DNA of 64,000 nt from an uncultured Actinomycetes bacterium. GTDB lineage: Bacteria; Actinomycetota; UBA4738; HRBIN12. Every line of letters begins with the position of its first letter. Position 1 is the stretch's first letter. Position numbers and translations under genes: made by a program. Positions 12,947 to 26,635 of this stretch are shown piece by piece. The stretch lies in assembly GCA_963771385.1 (NCBI GenBank), contig CAVYTE010000012.1, forward strand, positions 219,194 to 283,193. The letters run 5' to 3'. The notes beneath the pieces are model-generated. The model had not been told where the DNA came from and did not search any database. It saw only the letters and a list, made by a program, of their open reading frames with translations.

Positions 12947-14488
12947 TCAGTGCCGGAAGTGTCGGCGGCCGGTGACGACCACGGCCATCCCCCGCGACTC
13001 GGCGACCGCGAGGACCTCGTCGTCACGCACGGACCCACCCGGATGGATGACCGCCACGACGCCGGCGTCGGCCGCGACCTCGACCGCGTCGGGGAACGGG
13101 AAGAACGCATCACTCGCCATCACGGAGCCCGGGGCGCGGTCACCGGCCTTGCGGACCGCGAGCACGGAGGCGTCCACCCGTGACATCTGGCCGGCGCCGA
13201 CGCCGACGGTGGCGAGATCCTTCGCGAACACGACCGCGTTCGACTTGACCCGCATCGCCACCTTCCACGCGAACGTCAGGTCACGCCACTCGTCTTCGGT
13301 CGGCTCGCGGTCCGAGACGACCCGCATGCTCTCGCGGTCCTCCGTCGCACCGTCGCGATCCTGCACGAGTGCGCCGCCGGCGAGGATCCGGAGATCGAGC
13401 CCCCCGCCTCGCGGGAGCGGGCACCCGAACGACGCGCAACCCCTTGCGCTGCGAAAGGGCGGCGAGCGCCTCGTCCGTGTAGGAGGGAGCCACGACGACC
13501 TCCGTGAACACCTCCGCCATCGCGCGCGCGGCGGCTTCGTCGGCCTCGCGACCGAACGCGACGATCCCGCCGAACGCGCTGACCGTGTCCGACGCGAACG
13601 CCGCCGCATACGCCGCGGCCGACGAGGCGCCGACGGCGACCCCGCACGGGTTGTTGTGCTTCACGATCACGGCGGACGGCCCGAGCGCGTCGAGGTCGGC
13701 CGCCAGCGTGAGCGCCGCGTCGACGTCGAGCCAGTTGTTGAACGACATGTCCTTGCCCTCGAGGAGGACCTCGGCTCCTCCGAGGATCCCCGGGCCCGCG
13801 ACCTCCGAGAACAACGCGCCTCGCTGGTGCGGGTTCTCCCCGTACCGGAGATCGGCGGTCTTCCCCAGCGCGAGACCGAGGAACGGGGGCAGCCCGTCCC
13901 CCCGGCCGCGAACCAACCCGCGACCGCCGCGTCGTACGCGGCCGTGTGCGCGAACGCGTCCGCCGCGAGCCGGCGTCGCCGCTCGAGCGTCGGTCCGCCG
14001 TCCGCGATCTCGGCCAGGATCTCTCCGTACGCCGCCGGGTCGACGACGACCGTGACCGAGGCGAAGTTCTTCGCCGCCGCGCGGACCATCGCCGGACCCC
14101 CGATGTCGATCTGCTCGACCACCTCGTCCGGCCCGGCGCCGCTCGCGACCGTCTCGCGGAACGGGTAGAGGTTGACGACGACGAGATCGATCGGTTCGAT
14201 CCGATGCTCGCGGAGCTCGGCCTCGTGGTCGGGCTTGCGCCGATCGGCGAGGATCCCGCCGTGGATCGCGGGATGGAGCGTCTTCACGCGTCCGCCGAGC
14301 ATCTCGGGGAAGCCGGTCACGTCCTCGACCGGCGTGACCGGCACACCCGCGTCGAGCAGGGTCGCCGCGGTCCCACCGGAGGAGACGAGCTCCACGCCGA
14401 GATCGGACAACCCGCGCGCGAACTCGACAACCCCCGTCTTGTCGTAGACGGCGAGCAGCGCGCGCCGGACCGGACGACGCTCGCTCAC
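12947..14488 (-). CDS. purH: AICAR transformylase/IMP cyclohydrolase (frameshifted)
   Basis: [61 protein letters not shown]. Confidence 0.96.
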
Positions 14489-15102
14489 GGGACGGCGGGG
14501 GGCCGTTCGAGGATCCGGACCCGCCTGCCGTCGACGGCGAGTCGTCCCTCGCCGAGCGCACGGACCGCAGCGGGGAGCAGGCGGTGTTCCGCCTCATGGA
14601 TCCGCGCCTCGAGGGAGTCCCAGTCGTCCTCGGGCAGGACCGCGACCGGCTCCTGCGACACGATCGGGCCGTGGTCGACCTCGTGGTCGACCAGGTGCAC
14701 CGTCACGCCGGTCACCTTCACGTTCCAGGCGAGCGCGTCGGCGACCGCGTGCGTCCCTGGGAAGGCCGGGAGGAGCGCCGGGTGCACGTTCAGCATCCGG
14801 CCGTCGAAGGCCTCCACGAGCTCGGGGCCGACGATCCGCATGAAGCCGGCGAGCGCGACGACGTCGATCGCGTCGCCGCGAAGCAGCTCCGCGAGCGCGT
14901 GATCGAACGTCGCGCGGTCGGGGAACGAGGCCGGGTCGACGTGCTCGGCCCGGACGCCACCGCGGCGGGCGCGTTCGAGCGCTCCGGCATCCGCGCGGTC
15001 GCTCACGACGAGGACGACCCAGCGGCCCACGACCGGATCGTCGAGGAGCGCCTGCAGGTTCGTCCCGCCTCCGGAGGCGAGCACCGCGACCCGTGGGACC
15101 AC
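14485..15102 (-). CDS. purN: Phosphoribosylglycinamide formyltransferase
   Basis: [41 protein letters not shown]. Confidence 0.95.
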   Translation of the reverse strand: MVPRVAVLASGGGTNLQALLDDPVVGRWVVLVVSDRADAGALERARRGGVRAEHVDPASFPDRATFDHALAELLRGDAIDVVALAGFMRIVGPELVEAFDGRMLNVHPALLPAFPGTHAVADALAWNVKVTGVTVHLVDHEVDHGPIVSQEPVAVLPEDDWDSLEARIHEAEHRLLPAAVRALGEGRLAVDGRRVRILERPPAVP

Positions 15103-15109
15103 GCGCGGC

Positions 15110-15139
15110 ACGCTAGGGAGCCGGCCCTCCATGCGTCAA
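15110..15139 (-). promoter_or_regulatory. Sigma70-type promoter for leaderless purN-purH
   Basis: Minus strand: TTGACG-18 nt-TAGCGT-7 nt-GTG start. Confidence 0.65.
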
Positions 15140-15248
15140 CACACCGAGTTCGACGACGTCGGGCGAGCGCGCACGCAGACCGGCGCCGCGGGAGACGCGG
15201 TGGAGCCGCCCGCGTAGCCTGGAGACCTTCGATCGGAAGGAGCCGGCG

Positions 15249-15731
15249 ATGACCGGGAAGGCCGACTACGGCGACGAGGAGTGGAACCGCCTCCGGCGCG
15301 CCCCGTTCGTCGCGGGACTGGCGATCTCCCTCGCGGATCCGGGCGGACCGATCGAGATGTCCCACGAAACGATCGCGACGTTGAAGGCAGCCTCCACGCC
15401 CCCGTCCCGCGAGCAGCTACTGATCGAGGTGTCCCAGGACGTCATGTCGATGGTCAATGCCAAGCAGAATCCACTGGCCCGGTTCAAGCCCGACAGCTCG
15501 GAGCCCGCCGGCACGACGGTGCTGGATGAGCTCTCCGCCGTGAACGACATCCTTCGCGCGAAGGCGACCCCGGAAGAAGCAGAGGCGTTCCGTCGCTGGC
15601 TGCTCGACATCACCAAGGCGGCTGCCGACGCGGCGAAGGAAGGCGGCTTCATGGGGTTCGGCGCCGTTCGGGTCAGCGAGGGCGAGGAGCGGATGCTCGA
15701 GCAGCTGCGTTCGACGCTCGGCATGGCCTGA
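15249..15731 (+). CDS. Hypothetical protein
   Basis: Clean ORF, AAGGAG SD; AAKEGGFMGFG..VSEGE motif. Confidence 0.75.
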   Translation: MTGKADYGDEEWNRLRRAPFVAGLAISLADPGGPIEMSHETIATLKAASTPPSREQLLIEVSQDVMSMVNAKQNPLARFKPDSSEPAGTTVLDELSAVNDILRAKATPEEAEAFRRWLLDITKAAADAAKEGGFMGFGAVRVSEGEERMLEQLRSTLGMA

Positions 15732-15788
15732 GTCCGATCCCGTCACACGATCGGTAGGCACCGTGCTCCCGCGGGTACGCTTGCGCCC

Positions 15789-16442
15789 GTGCCACCGGAC
15801 GGATCCTCGCGGACGAACCCGGACGACGCTCCAGCCAAGACCTCCGACCGTCGGGCGGTCCGGAACCCCGAGCGATGCGATCGCCACCCGGGGAACCCGG
15901 CCGTCGCGCGATGCGACGGATGCGATCGCCCGCTCTGCCTGTCGTGCGCGACACCCGTCCGCGGGCAGGCGTTCGGGGCCGAATGCCTCCCCGACGTCAT
16001 CGGCGCGGACGCACCTTCGGAGCCGGCGGTCGCCCCTCGGGCACGCGACACCGTCTCCAGGACGCTCACGTGGATCGCGTTCGCGTTCGCGCTCCTGGCG
16101 ACCGCACTTCCATGGAGCCGATTCGGACCCGGCTCGGAACCGTTCGGAGCCTGGAGCAGATCGATGCGCTGGTCCCTGGTGGCTGCCCTGGCGGCCGTCG
16201 CGGGGCTCGTGCTGGCGCTGGTGCAGCGCAGCGGCCGAGCGCGGACCGCGCGATGGGACGCGGTCGTGACCTCGCTCGCCGTAACGGTCGTGATCGGCTC
16301 GTCGCTCTCGCTCGTCTTCCCCCCGGCGTTCTCGCGGCCATGGATCGGCCCGTGGGCGGCCATCGCGGCGGGATCGGTGGCGGCCGGAACGTCGTTCGTG
16401 GCCCGACGGACGGCCGCGAACCCCGTGACCGCGCGTAGTTGA
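15789..16442 (+). CDS. Membrane protein with N-terminal B-box-like zinc finger
   Basis: CDRHP..A..RCDGCDRPLCLSC...EC followed by four TM segments; TACGCT-7 nt-GTG. Confidence 0.7.
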   Translation: MPPDGSSRTNPDDAPAKTSDRRAVRNPERCDRHPGNPAVARCDGCDRPLCLSCATPVRGQAFGAECLPDVIGADAPSEPAVAPRARDTVSRTLTWIAFAFALLATALPWSRFGPGSEPFGAWSRSMRWSLVAALAAVAGLVLALVQRSGRARTARWDAVVTSLAVTVVIGSSLSLVFPPAFSRPWIGPWAAIAAGSVAAGTSFVARRTAANPVTARS

Positions 16443-16521
16443 CTCGGTACCAGGCGGGGTGTTCGATAGGCCGTCACGGGGTGCCGCGACAGGCGCGGGG
16501 AAGCCCTGGAAAGGAGCGTGG

Positions 16522-16984
16522 ATGTCCCAATCAGGTGGTTTCGACGTGAAGTCGATGTCCACGGCCCACAAGATCCTGCTCGGGGCAGGCATCCTGTACA
16601 TCATCAACGTGTTCCTGCAGTGGAACCGCGTGTGCATCGATCTCGGGGTGGACATCGGCGTCGATCCGTGCGGCGGGGTCTCCGGAACCCATGGGATCGG
16701 CATCATCAACCTGCTCCTCGCGATCGCGCTCGTCGCCTGGGAGGCGCATGGGATTGGCCGGTGTCAACGTCCAGGCACCGAAGGCGCTGGTGAGCGCCGG
16801 ACTCGCGGCGGCGATCGTCGTGTTCACGATCCTGAAGATCCTCATCGACAACGACTTCCTGTACATCTTCGCGTGGATCGGCCTCATCCTCGCCGCGGTG
16901 ATCGGCTACGGCGGGTACATGCGTTGGCAGGAGCACCAGGCAGGCGGTGGCGCATCACCGCCGGCGATGCCCGGCGCCCCGTGA
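16522..16984 (+). CDS. Hypothetical membrane protein (frameshifted)
   Basis: AAGGAG SD; four TM segments over ORFs 16459 and 16691. Confidence 0.7.
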
Positions 16985-17000
16985 TCTGACCGACGGACTT

Positions 17001-17034
17001 CGGAAGGGCCCGGCCGAACGGCCGGGCCCTTCCG
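17001..17034 (+). terminator. Strong hairpin, probable terminator
   Basis: CGGAAGGGCCCGGCC-GAAC-GGCCGGGCCCTTCCG, perfect 15-bp stem just after the stop at 16984. Confidence 0.8.
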
Positions 17035-17075
17035 CGTCGCCCCTCCCACTCGCACCGGTACCATCGCCCTCGTCC

Positions 17076-17675
17076 ATGAAGCGATGCCCCTACTGCGCCG
17101 AGGAGATCCAGGACGAGGCGATCAAGTGCCGCTACTGCGGCAGCATGCTCGAGGGGACACCTCCGACGACGCCGACCCGCTCCGTCGCGGCGCTCCAGTT
17201 CACCCATTCCGGCCGTCGGTACCTGCTCGGCTACGGCGAGGACTTCTTCGGGATCTGGGACCGGCAGGGCGGTCCGGACCCGGAGTCCCGCTACCCGAGG
17301 ACGGACGACGGCTGGCGACAGGCCTGGCTCGCGTTCTCGTCCCAGGAGCCCGAGAGCATCGAGGTCGGGATCGTCCCCAACGGCGGCCGAGCCCGATCAG
17401 GACCTCGTCGCCCACCGTGCGGACACCTGGCAGATCCGACGAACGGATCGGCGATCGCGAGCCTGGTCTTCGGGATCCTGGGGCTGTTCCTCGGGTTCCT
17501 CTCGATCCTGGCCATCATCCTCGGGTTCAACGCACGCAAGAGCCTCCGGCGCACCCCGCAACCGGGGGCGGGGCTCGCGACGGCCGGCCTGACCCTCGGG
17601 TGGATCGGCCTCGTGTTCTGGATCATCTGGGTCGTGCTGCTCACCACGGGTCTCGTCGAGAGCCCGCTCGCCTAG
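17076..17675 (+). CDS. Zinc-ribbon plus DUF4190 domain membrane protein
   Basis: [21 protein letters not shown]; [14 protein letters not shown]...[15 protein letters not shown]. Confidence 0.8.
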   Translation: MKRCPYCAEEIQDEAIKCRYCGSMLEGTPPTTPTRSVAALQFTHSGRRYLLGYGEDFFGIWDRQGGPDPESRYPRTDDGWRQAWLAFSSQEPESIEVGIVPNGGRARSGPRRPPCGHLADPTNGSAIASLVFGILGLFLGFLSILAIILGFNARKSLRRTPQPGAGLATAGLTLGWIGLVFWIIWVVLLTTGLVESPLA

Positions 17676-18998
17676 ACCGCGGCCATCCGGCACTCGCCGC
17701 CCCGATCGCGCCTCCCGCGACGCCCCACATCAGGGCGAGCACCGTGGCGCCGAACGGCTCGGGGCCGATCCGGATCGAACCACCGCTCCCCTCGACGAAG
17801 GTGGACCCGTACGCGATCGTCACGGAGGCCAGCACGCTCCCGGCGAACACGAGGATCGCGAACGGCACGCCGGCCGCGGCACCGACCGGCATCGCAGCTC
17901 GGCCGGAGAGGCGCGCGCGGGCCGCGGCCGCCCGGCCTCCGAGCGCGGTCGCCAGGGCCGGCACGAGCAGGAACAGGAAGTACGCCGGCGGGCGCCCTGC
18001 CGAGGTCGAGATCCGGACCTGCCCGGAGCCGGCGGGCCGCCGACGATGGGCTGGACCACGCTCTCGAGCCCGCGCGGGAACCGCCCGTAGCACAGGACGT
18101 CGAGGTTCGGGCCACCCGACACGTCGTCGCACGCGCCGGTCGACGGCACGAGCGACCCACACGGCCTCGTTCGGCGTGAGCGCGAGGTGATGCGCGAGGA
18201 CCACGGCACCCCATCCGGGTCGGTCGAAGACCGCCCGGTAGTACCGCGCGGTCGAGGGCGTCAGGGCGGCCACGGCCTCGTCGGGCTGCACGACGCCGGC
18301 CGCGAAGACGCCGACGTACGCGAACAGCAGCCCGAGGCCGAACATCCGCCACCCGCCGGCGAGTGCGGCCGAGATCGTCCGGATCCGCTGCCGCGCTTCC
18401 TGGGAGGCCAGCCACGAGACCGCTCCGCCGACCGCCCCCGCGACGGCGGCGATCGCAAGCGGGAACACGAGGCCCTGCCACGCCGCGAGATGGATCGCGA
18501 TCGAGCCGGAGACCAGCGTGCCGAGCTGGACCGGCCGCTTCGAGCTCGACCAGGATCGCCACGAGGAACACGGGGACCGCGTACCCGGGCGCAACCGAGG
18601 CGCCGGCGAGCATCCGGGCTCCGAGCCCGCCTCCCGAACGATCCGCGAGGCTCCGGCCCGCTCCGAACAACAGCCAGGCGGCGATCGCCGTCACCGCGAG
18701 CAGCGCGACGCCGATCTCGACCGACGTCGCGCCGCTCGGAGGCAGGTTCGGCAACCGGAGCTCGCCGAGGTCGAGTTCCCCCTCGAACACGACGGGGATG
18801 TGGTGGAAGGGCCCGAGGTACAGCGCCCCGATCCGGATCGCGGTCGCGAGCGAGTAGGGCGGGTCGACCAGGAGGTACGAGCGCGAGGGATGCCCCGATC
18901 CCCACGGCGGCAACGGCGACGAACGCGAACAGCCCGCGACCGAGCGCGTACCACCAGACGGGCCCGCGGGCCGGCCCGCCGCGGTGCCGCGGGGTCAC
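17672..18998 (-). CDS. Multi-pass membrane protein downstream of sucD (frameshifted)
   Basis: Many hydrophobic segments over ORFs 18261/17672/17641; GTGA overlap with the sucD stop. Confidence 0.6.
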
Positions 18999-19864
18999 GA
19001 CAGGGCGGCCTGCGCGAGCTCGGCAACCTCGGTCGGGGTCCGGCCGACGCGGACGCCGGCGGCCTCCAGCGCCTCGGCCTTGGCCTGCGCCGTCCCGCTC
19101 GAGCCCGTGATGATGGCCCCCGCGTGACCCATCCGCTTGCCCGGCGGCGCGGTGAACCCGGCGATGTACGCGACGACGGGCTTCGTGATGCGCGCCTGGA
19201 TGAACGCCGCCGCGTGCTCCTCGTCGGCGCCCCCGATCTCGCCGATCATCACGACGAGATCGGTCTCGTCGTCGGCCTCGAACCGCTCGAGCGATCCGGC
19301 GAAGCCGATCCCGTGCACCGGATCGCCGCCCATCCCGATGCAGGTCGACTGCCCGATCCCCCGTTGCGTGAGCTCGTGCACGATCTGGTAGGTGAGCGTC
19401 CCCGAGCGCGAGACGAGCCCGACGCGACCGGGCAGGCAGATCTCTCCGGGGATGATGCCGACGTTGCAGCGACCGGGACTGATGAGTCCGGGGCAGTTCG
19501 GCCCGACGAGCACCGTCGTCTTCCCGTTCAGGTAGGCACCCACCTGCGCCACGTCGCGCACCGGCATCCCCTCCGTGATGCACACGATCAGGCCGACCCC
19601 CGCGTCCGCGGCCTCGTAGATCGCCTCAGATGCGAACCGCGCGGGCACGAAGATCAGCGAGGTGTTCGCCTCGGTCTGCTCGACGGCGTCCGCGACCGTG
19701 TCGAACACCGGGATGCCGTCCACGTCCTGGCCGCCCTTGCCGGGTGTGACGCCGGCGACGACCTGCGTCCCGTAGGAGCGGTTGCGGAGCGAATGGAACG
19801 TCCCCTCCGAGCCGGTGATGCCGGCCACGACCACCTTCGTCCCTTCGTCCACGAGGACGGCCAT
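18995..19864 (-). CDS. sucD: Succinyl-CoA ligase alpha subunit
   Basis: [29 protein letters not shown]. Confidence 0.97.
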   Translation of the reverse strand: MAVLVDEGTKVVVAGITGSEGTFHSLRNRSYGTQVVAGVTPGKGGQDVDGIPVFDTVADAVEQTEANTSLIFVPARFASEAIYEAADAGVGLIVCITEGMPVRDVAQVGAYLNGKTTVLVGPNCPGLISPGRCNVGIIPGEICLPGRVGLVSRSGTLTYQIVHELTQRGIGQSTCIGMGGDPVHGIGFAGSLERFEADDETDLVVMIGEIGGADEEHAAAFIQARITKPVVAYIAGFTAPPGKRMGHAGAIITGSSGTAQAKAEALEAAGVRVGRTPTEVAELAQAALS

Positions 19865-19865
19865 C

Positions 19866-21011
19866 TCAGCCGGCCCCCCCGCGCGCGAGCTCGGCGGCCC
19901 GGCTCGCGGCGTCGAGCATCGTCTCGGCCGGAACGATCCGTGGGTGCGCCGCCTCCGCGAGCAGTCGGCGTCCTTCCTCCGCGTTCGTCCCGTCGAGCCG
20001 AACGACGATCGGCACCTCGGGCGACACGCGCGACAGCGCCTCGAGGATGCCCTCGGCGACGAGGTCGCACCGCGTGATCCCGCCGAAGATGTTGATGAGC
20101 ACGCTGCGAACGTCCGGATCGGACAGGATCACCTCGAGCGAGGTCGCCATGACCTCCGCGCTCGCCCCGCCGCCGACGTCGAGGAAGTTCGACGCACGCG
20201 CGCCGGCCTGCGCCACGACGTCGAGCGTCGACATCACGAGCCCGGCGCCGTTCCCGATGATCCCGACCTCGCCCTCGAGCTTCACGTATTGCAGTCCCGC
20301 GTCCTTCGCGCGCTTCTCGATCGGGTCGATCGGGTAGCTGTCCCGGAGCGCCTCGATCTCCGGATGGCGGAACAGCGCGTTGTCGTCGATCGTGACCTTC
20401 GCGTCCAGCGCCATCACCGTGCCGTCGGTGAGCAGGACGAACGGGTTCACCTCGACGAGGGTCGCGTCGGTGTCCGCGAGGACCGCGTACATCTTGGCGA
20501 GCAGAGCGGCCGCGCCATCGCGAGCCTCGGCGAGCAGGTGCCCCGAGAGCCGCCGCGCGTGGTACCCGCGGAGCCCGAGGGCGGCGTCGACGTGCAGCCG
20601 ACGGATCGCCTCGGGCCTGCTCCGGGCGACCTCCTCGATCTCGACGCCACCGTCGTTCGAAACCATCGCGAGGTATGCGCCGGCCGCACGGTCCAGCGAG
20701 ATCGCCGCGTAGAACTGGGCCGCGATGTCGACCAACCGTTCGACGAGCACCCGCGTGACGGGCGTCCCCTTGAACCCGTCGGAGAACATGCGCCGGGCGG
20801 CGTCCGCCGCGTCCCCGGGCGTGTGCACCAGCGCGACGCCGCCACCCTTCCCCCGACCGCCGGCCTGGACCTGCACCTTCACCGCGACGTGGCCGCCGAG
20901 TCGCTCCGCGGCGACGGCGGCCTCCTCGGGCGATGTCGCGACGGCGCGCTCGGGAAGCGGGATGCCGTGCGCCTCGAACAGGTCCTTGCCCTGGTGCTCG
21001 AAGAGGTCCAC
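19866..21011 (-). CDS. sucC: Succinyl-CoA ligase beta subunit
   Basis: [43 protein letters not shown]. Confidence 0.97.
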   Translation of the reverse strand: MDLFEHQGKDLFEAHGIPLPERAVATSPEEAAVAAERLGGHVAVKVQVQAGGRGKGGGVALVHTPGDAADAARRMFSDGFKGTPVTRVLVERLVDIAAQFYAAISLDRAAGAYLAMVSNDGGVEIEEVARSRPEAIRRLHVDAALGLRGYHARRLSGHLLAEARDGAAALLAKMYAVLADTDATLVEVNPFVLLTDGTVMALDAKVTIDDNALFRHPEIEALRDSYPIDPIEKRAKDAGLQYVKLEGEVGIIGNGAGLVMSTLDVVAQAGARASNFLDVGGGASAEVMATSLEVILSDPDVRSVLINIFGGITRCDLVAEGILEALSRVSPEVPIVVRLDGTNAEEGRRLLAEAAHPRIVPAETMLDAASRAAELARGGAG

Positions 21012-21419
21012 TCAGGAGGCTCGCTCGTCGCCGAGGCGCTCGTGCAGCCAGGTGACGATCTCACCGGTCGTGGCGCCGGGGGTGAAGATCTTCTCGATCC
21101 CGGCCTCCTCGAGCTTGGGGATGTCGTCCTTCGGGATGATGCCGCCGCCGAACACGAGCACCTCGCCCGCGCCCTTCTCACGCAGGAGCGCCGTCACCCT
21201 CGGGAACAGGGTCATGTGCGCACCCGAGTGACACGACAACCCCACGGCGTCCGCGTCCTCCTGGATCGCGGTCTCCGCGATCTGCTCGGGCGTCTGGTGC
21301 AGGCCCGTGTAGATGACCTCGAACCCGGCGTCGCGGAGCGCCCGGGCCACGACCTTGGCCCCCCGGTCGTGACCGTCGAGACCGGGCTTGGCGACGATGA
21401 TCCGATGTTTCCCCTGCAT
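21012..21419 (-). CDS. Cobalamin-binding small subunit of an acyl-CoA mutase (methylmalonyl/isobutyryl-CoA mutase type)
   Basis: [29 protein letters not shown]. Confidence 0.92.
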   Translation of the reverse strand: MQGKHRIIVAKPGLDGHDRGAKVVARALRDAGFEVIYTGLHQTPEQIAETAIQEDADAVGLSCHSGAHMTLFPRVTALLREKGAGEVLVFGGGIIPKDDIPKLEEAGIEKIFTPGATTGEIVTWLHERLGDERAS

Positions 21420-21446
21420 GCGGCGGTCAGTGTATCGACGGCTCCC

Positions 21447-21590
21447 GCGAGCCCGCTTGCGAGGTCCGAGGTCCTCGTCTCGCGACAGTGAAGGATCTCG
21501 TGGCCGGCTCCGGGGTCACGTTCGAGGACCGTGGCAGCACGAGCTGAGGGGCGTGCCCGATCGCTGGCGCTGTACCGCGTCTTCGGCTGA
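21447..21590 (+). pseudogene. C-terminal remnant of a class III adenylate/guanylate cyclase domain
   Basis: Reads across indels as [40 protein letters not shown]; no start or N-terminal part. Confidence 0.7.
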
Positions 21591-21603
21591 GATACTCGAT
21601 CCG

Positions 21604-21771
21604 ATGTCCGGGAAGAAGCGCGTCCGGTTCCGCCCGCCCGGCCTGAAGCCGACGACGAAGGTCGGCACGCTCGGTCCATACCGGGGACGGCTGGGGCTCG
21701 CATGGGTGATCGCGCCGATCGTCGCCGGCATCGTGATCCTCGTCGCCGGCTACCTGCTGCTCGGTCCGTGA
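21604..21771 (+). CDS. Small basic single-pass membrane protein (55 aa)
   Basis: MSGKKRVRFRPP...LAWVIAPIVAGIVILVAGYLLLGP; stop overlaps the next GTG. Confidence 0.6.
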   Translation: MSGKKRVRFRPPGLKPTTKVGTLGPYRGRLGLAWVIAPIVAGIVILVAGYLLLGP

Positions 21772-23222
21772 CGCTCGAGGCCTATTGCTGGCCGCCCTCG
21801 GTCGGCAGGCGCGAACCCGCGGGGCTCCACGCCTCCACCGATGCGAGGTCGTACGACGTCGAGGTGGCGCGCGAGGGAGCCGTCCGCGAGATCCTCTGGC
21901 GCTCGAGCGACGTGGCGGGGCAGCTCCACGAGACGCCGAACGACGCGTCGATGAACGGGTGTCGCTGGCCGCCCTCGCTGACGATCCCCGTCGGCGACTG
22001 GCGGTCGGGCTACTACTCGGTGACGGTGAGGGCCGGCGGCGAACGAGCGGACGCGTATCTCGTCGTACGACCGGATCCGTCCGATCCGGCCCCGATCCTC
22101 CTCGTGCTGTCGACCACGACCTGGAACGCCTACAACGACTGGGGCGGACCCTCGTTCTATACGGGAAGCACCCGCGTGTCGTTCGAGCGTCCGATGGCGA
22201 GGGGGTTCCTCGTCAAACCCGAGCCGTCCCGTCGGATCATGCAGCCGGAGCCCGATCGCGAGGCGATGTGGTATCGCAACTGGGCCCGCCCGCTCGGGCT
22301 CTCCGACTGGAGCGGCGGGGCAGGGTGGTGGACCTGGGAGCGACCGTTCACTCGCTGGGCCGAGTCGGATGGCTTCCGCGTCGACGTCGCGATCTCGCAG
22401 GACCTGGAACAGCATCCCGAGGTCCTGGACCATCCACGCCTGGTCGTGAGCGCGGGGCACGACGAGTACTGGTCGTGGGGCATGCGTGACGCGATCGATG
22501 CGTTCGTCGCCCAGGGCGGCAACGCCGCGATCTTGTCGGGCAACACCTGCTTCTGGCAGATCCGCTACGAGGACGACCTTCGAGCGATGACCTCCTACAA
22601 GTACCGCGCGGACGAGGATCCCGTCCTCGGGACGGCCGACGAGCACCTGCTCACCGGTCCGTGGTCGGACCGGCGCATCGGCCGTCCGGAGACGTGGACG
22701 ACCGGTCTCACGTTCACGCGGGGCGGCTACTCCCGCTACGGGCTCGGGGCGGCCGAGAGCTCGGGCGCCTACACGGTGCACCGGCCGGAGCACTGGGTGT
22801 TCGAGGGCACCGGACTGGAAGACGGAGTCGAGTTCGGGGGCGCAGATGCGATCGTCGCGTACGAGTGTGATGGGTGCGCGTTCGAGTTCGACGATGCCGG
22901 CCGACCGGTCCCGAGGGGCGTCGACGGCGCTCCTGCGGACATGGAGATCCTCGCGGTCGCTCCCGCCCACCTCTGGTCCCGGGACGAGCAGCCCACTCGC
23001 TATTCCCCCGAGCTCGGCGAGCTCGAATGTGCATCCATGGCCGTCTTCGGCGACGCGGACCCGGCGCACCTGGCCGACCTCGCCGACGGCCACGCCGTGT
23101 TCGCGACGTTCACGAGGGGGGGCACGGTCGTGAACGCAGGTGTGACCGATTGGGTCCTCGGGCTCGGCGATCCGGTCGTCGAGCGGATCACGCGCAACGT
23201 CATCGAACGCCTATCGCGTTGA
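21768..23222 (+). CDS. N,N-dimethylformamidase large subunit family protein
   Basis: WRSGYY, TTWNAYNDWGG.SFY, VSFERP, GHDEYWS, SGNTCFWQIR, YECDG. Confidence 0.85.
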   Translation: MTLEAYCWPPSVGRREPAGLHASTDARSYDVEVAREGAVREILWRSSDVAGQLHETPNDASMNGCRWPPSLTIPVGDWRSGYYSVTVRAGGERADAYLVVRPDPSDPAPILLVLSTTTWNAYNDWGGPSFYTGSTRVSFERPMARGFLVKPEPSRRIMQPEPDREAMWYRNWARPLGLSDWSGGAGWWTWERPFTRWAESDGFRVDVAISQDLEQHPEVLDHPRLVVSAGHDEYWSWGMRDAIDAFVAQGGNAAILSGNTCFWQIRYEDDLRAMTSYKYRADEDPVLGTADEHLLTGPWSDRRIGRPETWTTGLTFTRGGYSRYGLGAAESSGAYTVHRPEHWVFEGTGLEDGVEFGGADAIVAYECDGCAFEFDDAGRPVPRGVDGAPADMEILAVAPAHLWSRDEQPTRYSPELGELECASMAVFGDADPAHLADLADGHAVFATFTRGGTVVNAGVTDWVLGLGDPVVERITRNVIERLSR

Positions 23223-23229
23223 CGCCCGT

Positions 23230-23625
23230 TCAGCAGGCGACGGACGAGCCGAACCAGCAGCTCGCGTTCTCGGCGAACACGTACCCGCCCAGGACCACGA
23301 GCATCGCGAACGCAACGCTGGCCACGGCCAGGTTCGCCCGGCGAACCCGTAGAGAGACGGTCGCCTCCAGCGCCTCTCCCGAGCGAGCCGTCCGCAGGCG
23401 AACGAGGGGCGCGAGGACCAGGATCACTGCCGCCACCGGTCCGAGCAGCACCGCCGCCGTGACCAGGTCGTCGCCGGCACCGCGCGGCTCCGCGAGCGGC
23501 CCGAGCGCGTCCGCGAGAGCGGGGAAGCCGAGCTGGTGCTTCAGCACGTTCGCGACGACGAAGACGACAGAGGGAAGGACGAGCAGGCCACCGAGGCCGA
23601 GCACGGACCATCCGCGGCGTGCCAT
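23230..23625 (-). CDS. Hypothetical membrane protein
   Basis: Three TM segments; CATGCT-6 nt-ATG. Confidence 0.6.
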   Translation of the reverse strand: MARRGWSVLGLGGLLVLPSVVFVVANVLKHQLGFPALADALGPLAEPRGAGDDLVTAAVLLGPVAAVILVLAPLVRLRTARSGEALEATVSLRVRRANLAVASVAFAMLVVLGGYVFAENASCWFGSSVAC

Positions 23626-23709
23626 CGGTCGAGCATGCGGACCCGGTTCACCGAGCGCAAGGGTCGCGACCGAACCGCAACACGAACGGCGCAGCCCCGC
23701 GACTCGAGC

Positions 23710-25890
<2,181 letters not shown>

Positions 25891-25966
25891 GGGCCCATCC
25901 TAGGCTCTGGCCGGGACGACCCCGATCGGTTCCCGTCACGAGCGATCGACCTGGGACACTCATCCC

Positions 25967-26635
25967 ATGGCCGTGCACGACGTCGGAACTCGGGGCGAGA
26001 GCCCGGAAGCCGACCGGGCGAACGCGGGTCGCGTCGAACGCGGGCGCCGCGGCCGGATCCTGCGGATCTCCGGACTCGTCCTCATCGGCGGGGCCCTCGC
26101 GCTCGGTGCGTACATCTGGTGGACCCTGTGGGGAACCGGGTTCGCGACCGCCGCAGCACAGGAGGAGATCCGCCCCGAGTTCGAGCGGACGATCGGCACC
26201 GCCGCCCCGGAGGAGGCCCCGCCGAAGGTCGCGCACGTGCCCGGCGACGCGGTCGCCATCATCCGGATCCCGAAGATCGACGTCGACTACGTCGTGGTCG
26301 AAGGCACGGACGTCGGATCCCTCAAGAAGGGCCCGGGTCACTACACCGACACCGCGTACCCGTGGGAGGCGACCGGCCGGGTCGGGATCGCGGGGCATCG
26401 AACGACCTACGGCTCCCCGTTCTGGTCGCTGAACGAGCTCCGACCTGGCGACCGGATCGTGCTCGCCACCGAGTACGGGGTCTTCGAGTACCGGGTGACG
26501 GGCTCGGAGATCATCTCGCCGTCGGACGGTTCGGTCCTGCGATCGACCGACGAGCCGACGCTCGTCCTCACGACCTGCAACCCGCGGTTCTCCGCGGCGG
26601 AACGGCTGATCGTGTTCGCCGACCGGGTGGGCTGA
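25967..26635 (+). CDS. Class E sortase
   Basis: N-terminal TM; LKKGPGHY, IAGHRTTYGSPF, LVLTTCNP...ERLIV (His-Cys-Arg triad). Confidence 0.92.
   Translation: MAVHDVGTRGESPEADRANAGRVERGRRGRILRISGLVLIGGALALGAYIWWTLWGTGFATAAAQEEIRPEFERTIGTAAPEEAPPKVAHVPGDAVAIIRIPKIDVDYVVVEGTDVGSLKKGPGHYTDTAYPWEATGRVGIAGHRTTYGSPFWSLNELRPGDRIVLATEYGVFEYRVTGSEIISPSDGSVLRSTDEPTLVLTTCNPRFSAAERLIVFADRVG

Noticed and set aside
15170-15225. ZMP/ZTP riboswitch-like words (GACCGGCG, small hairpin, GGAGC, GCCGCCCGC) near purN-purH
   Set aside because: They are on the strand opposite purN, the P3 element (CGCCUGGGC) is not formed, and purN appears leaderless.
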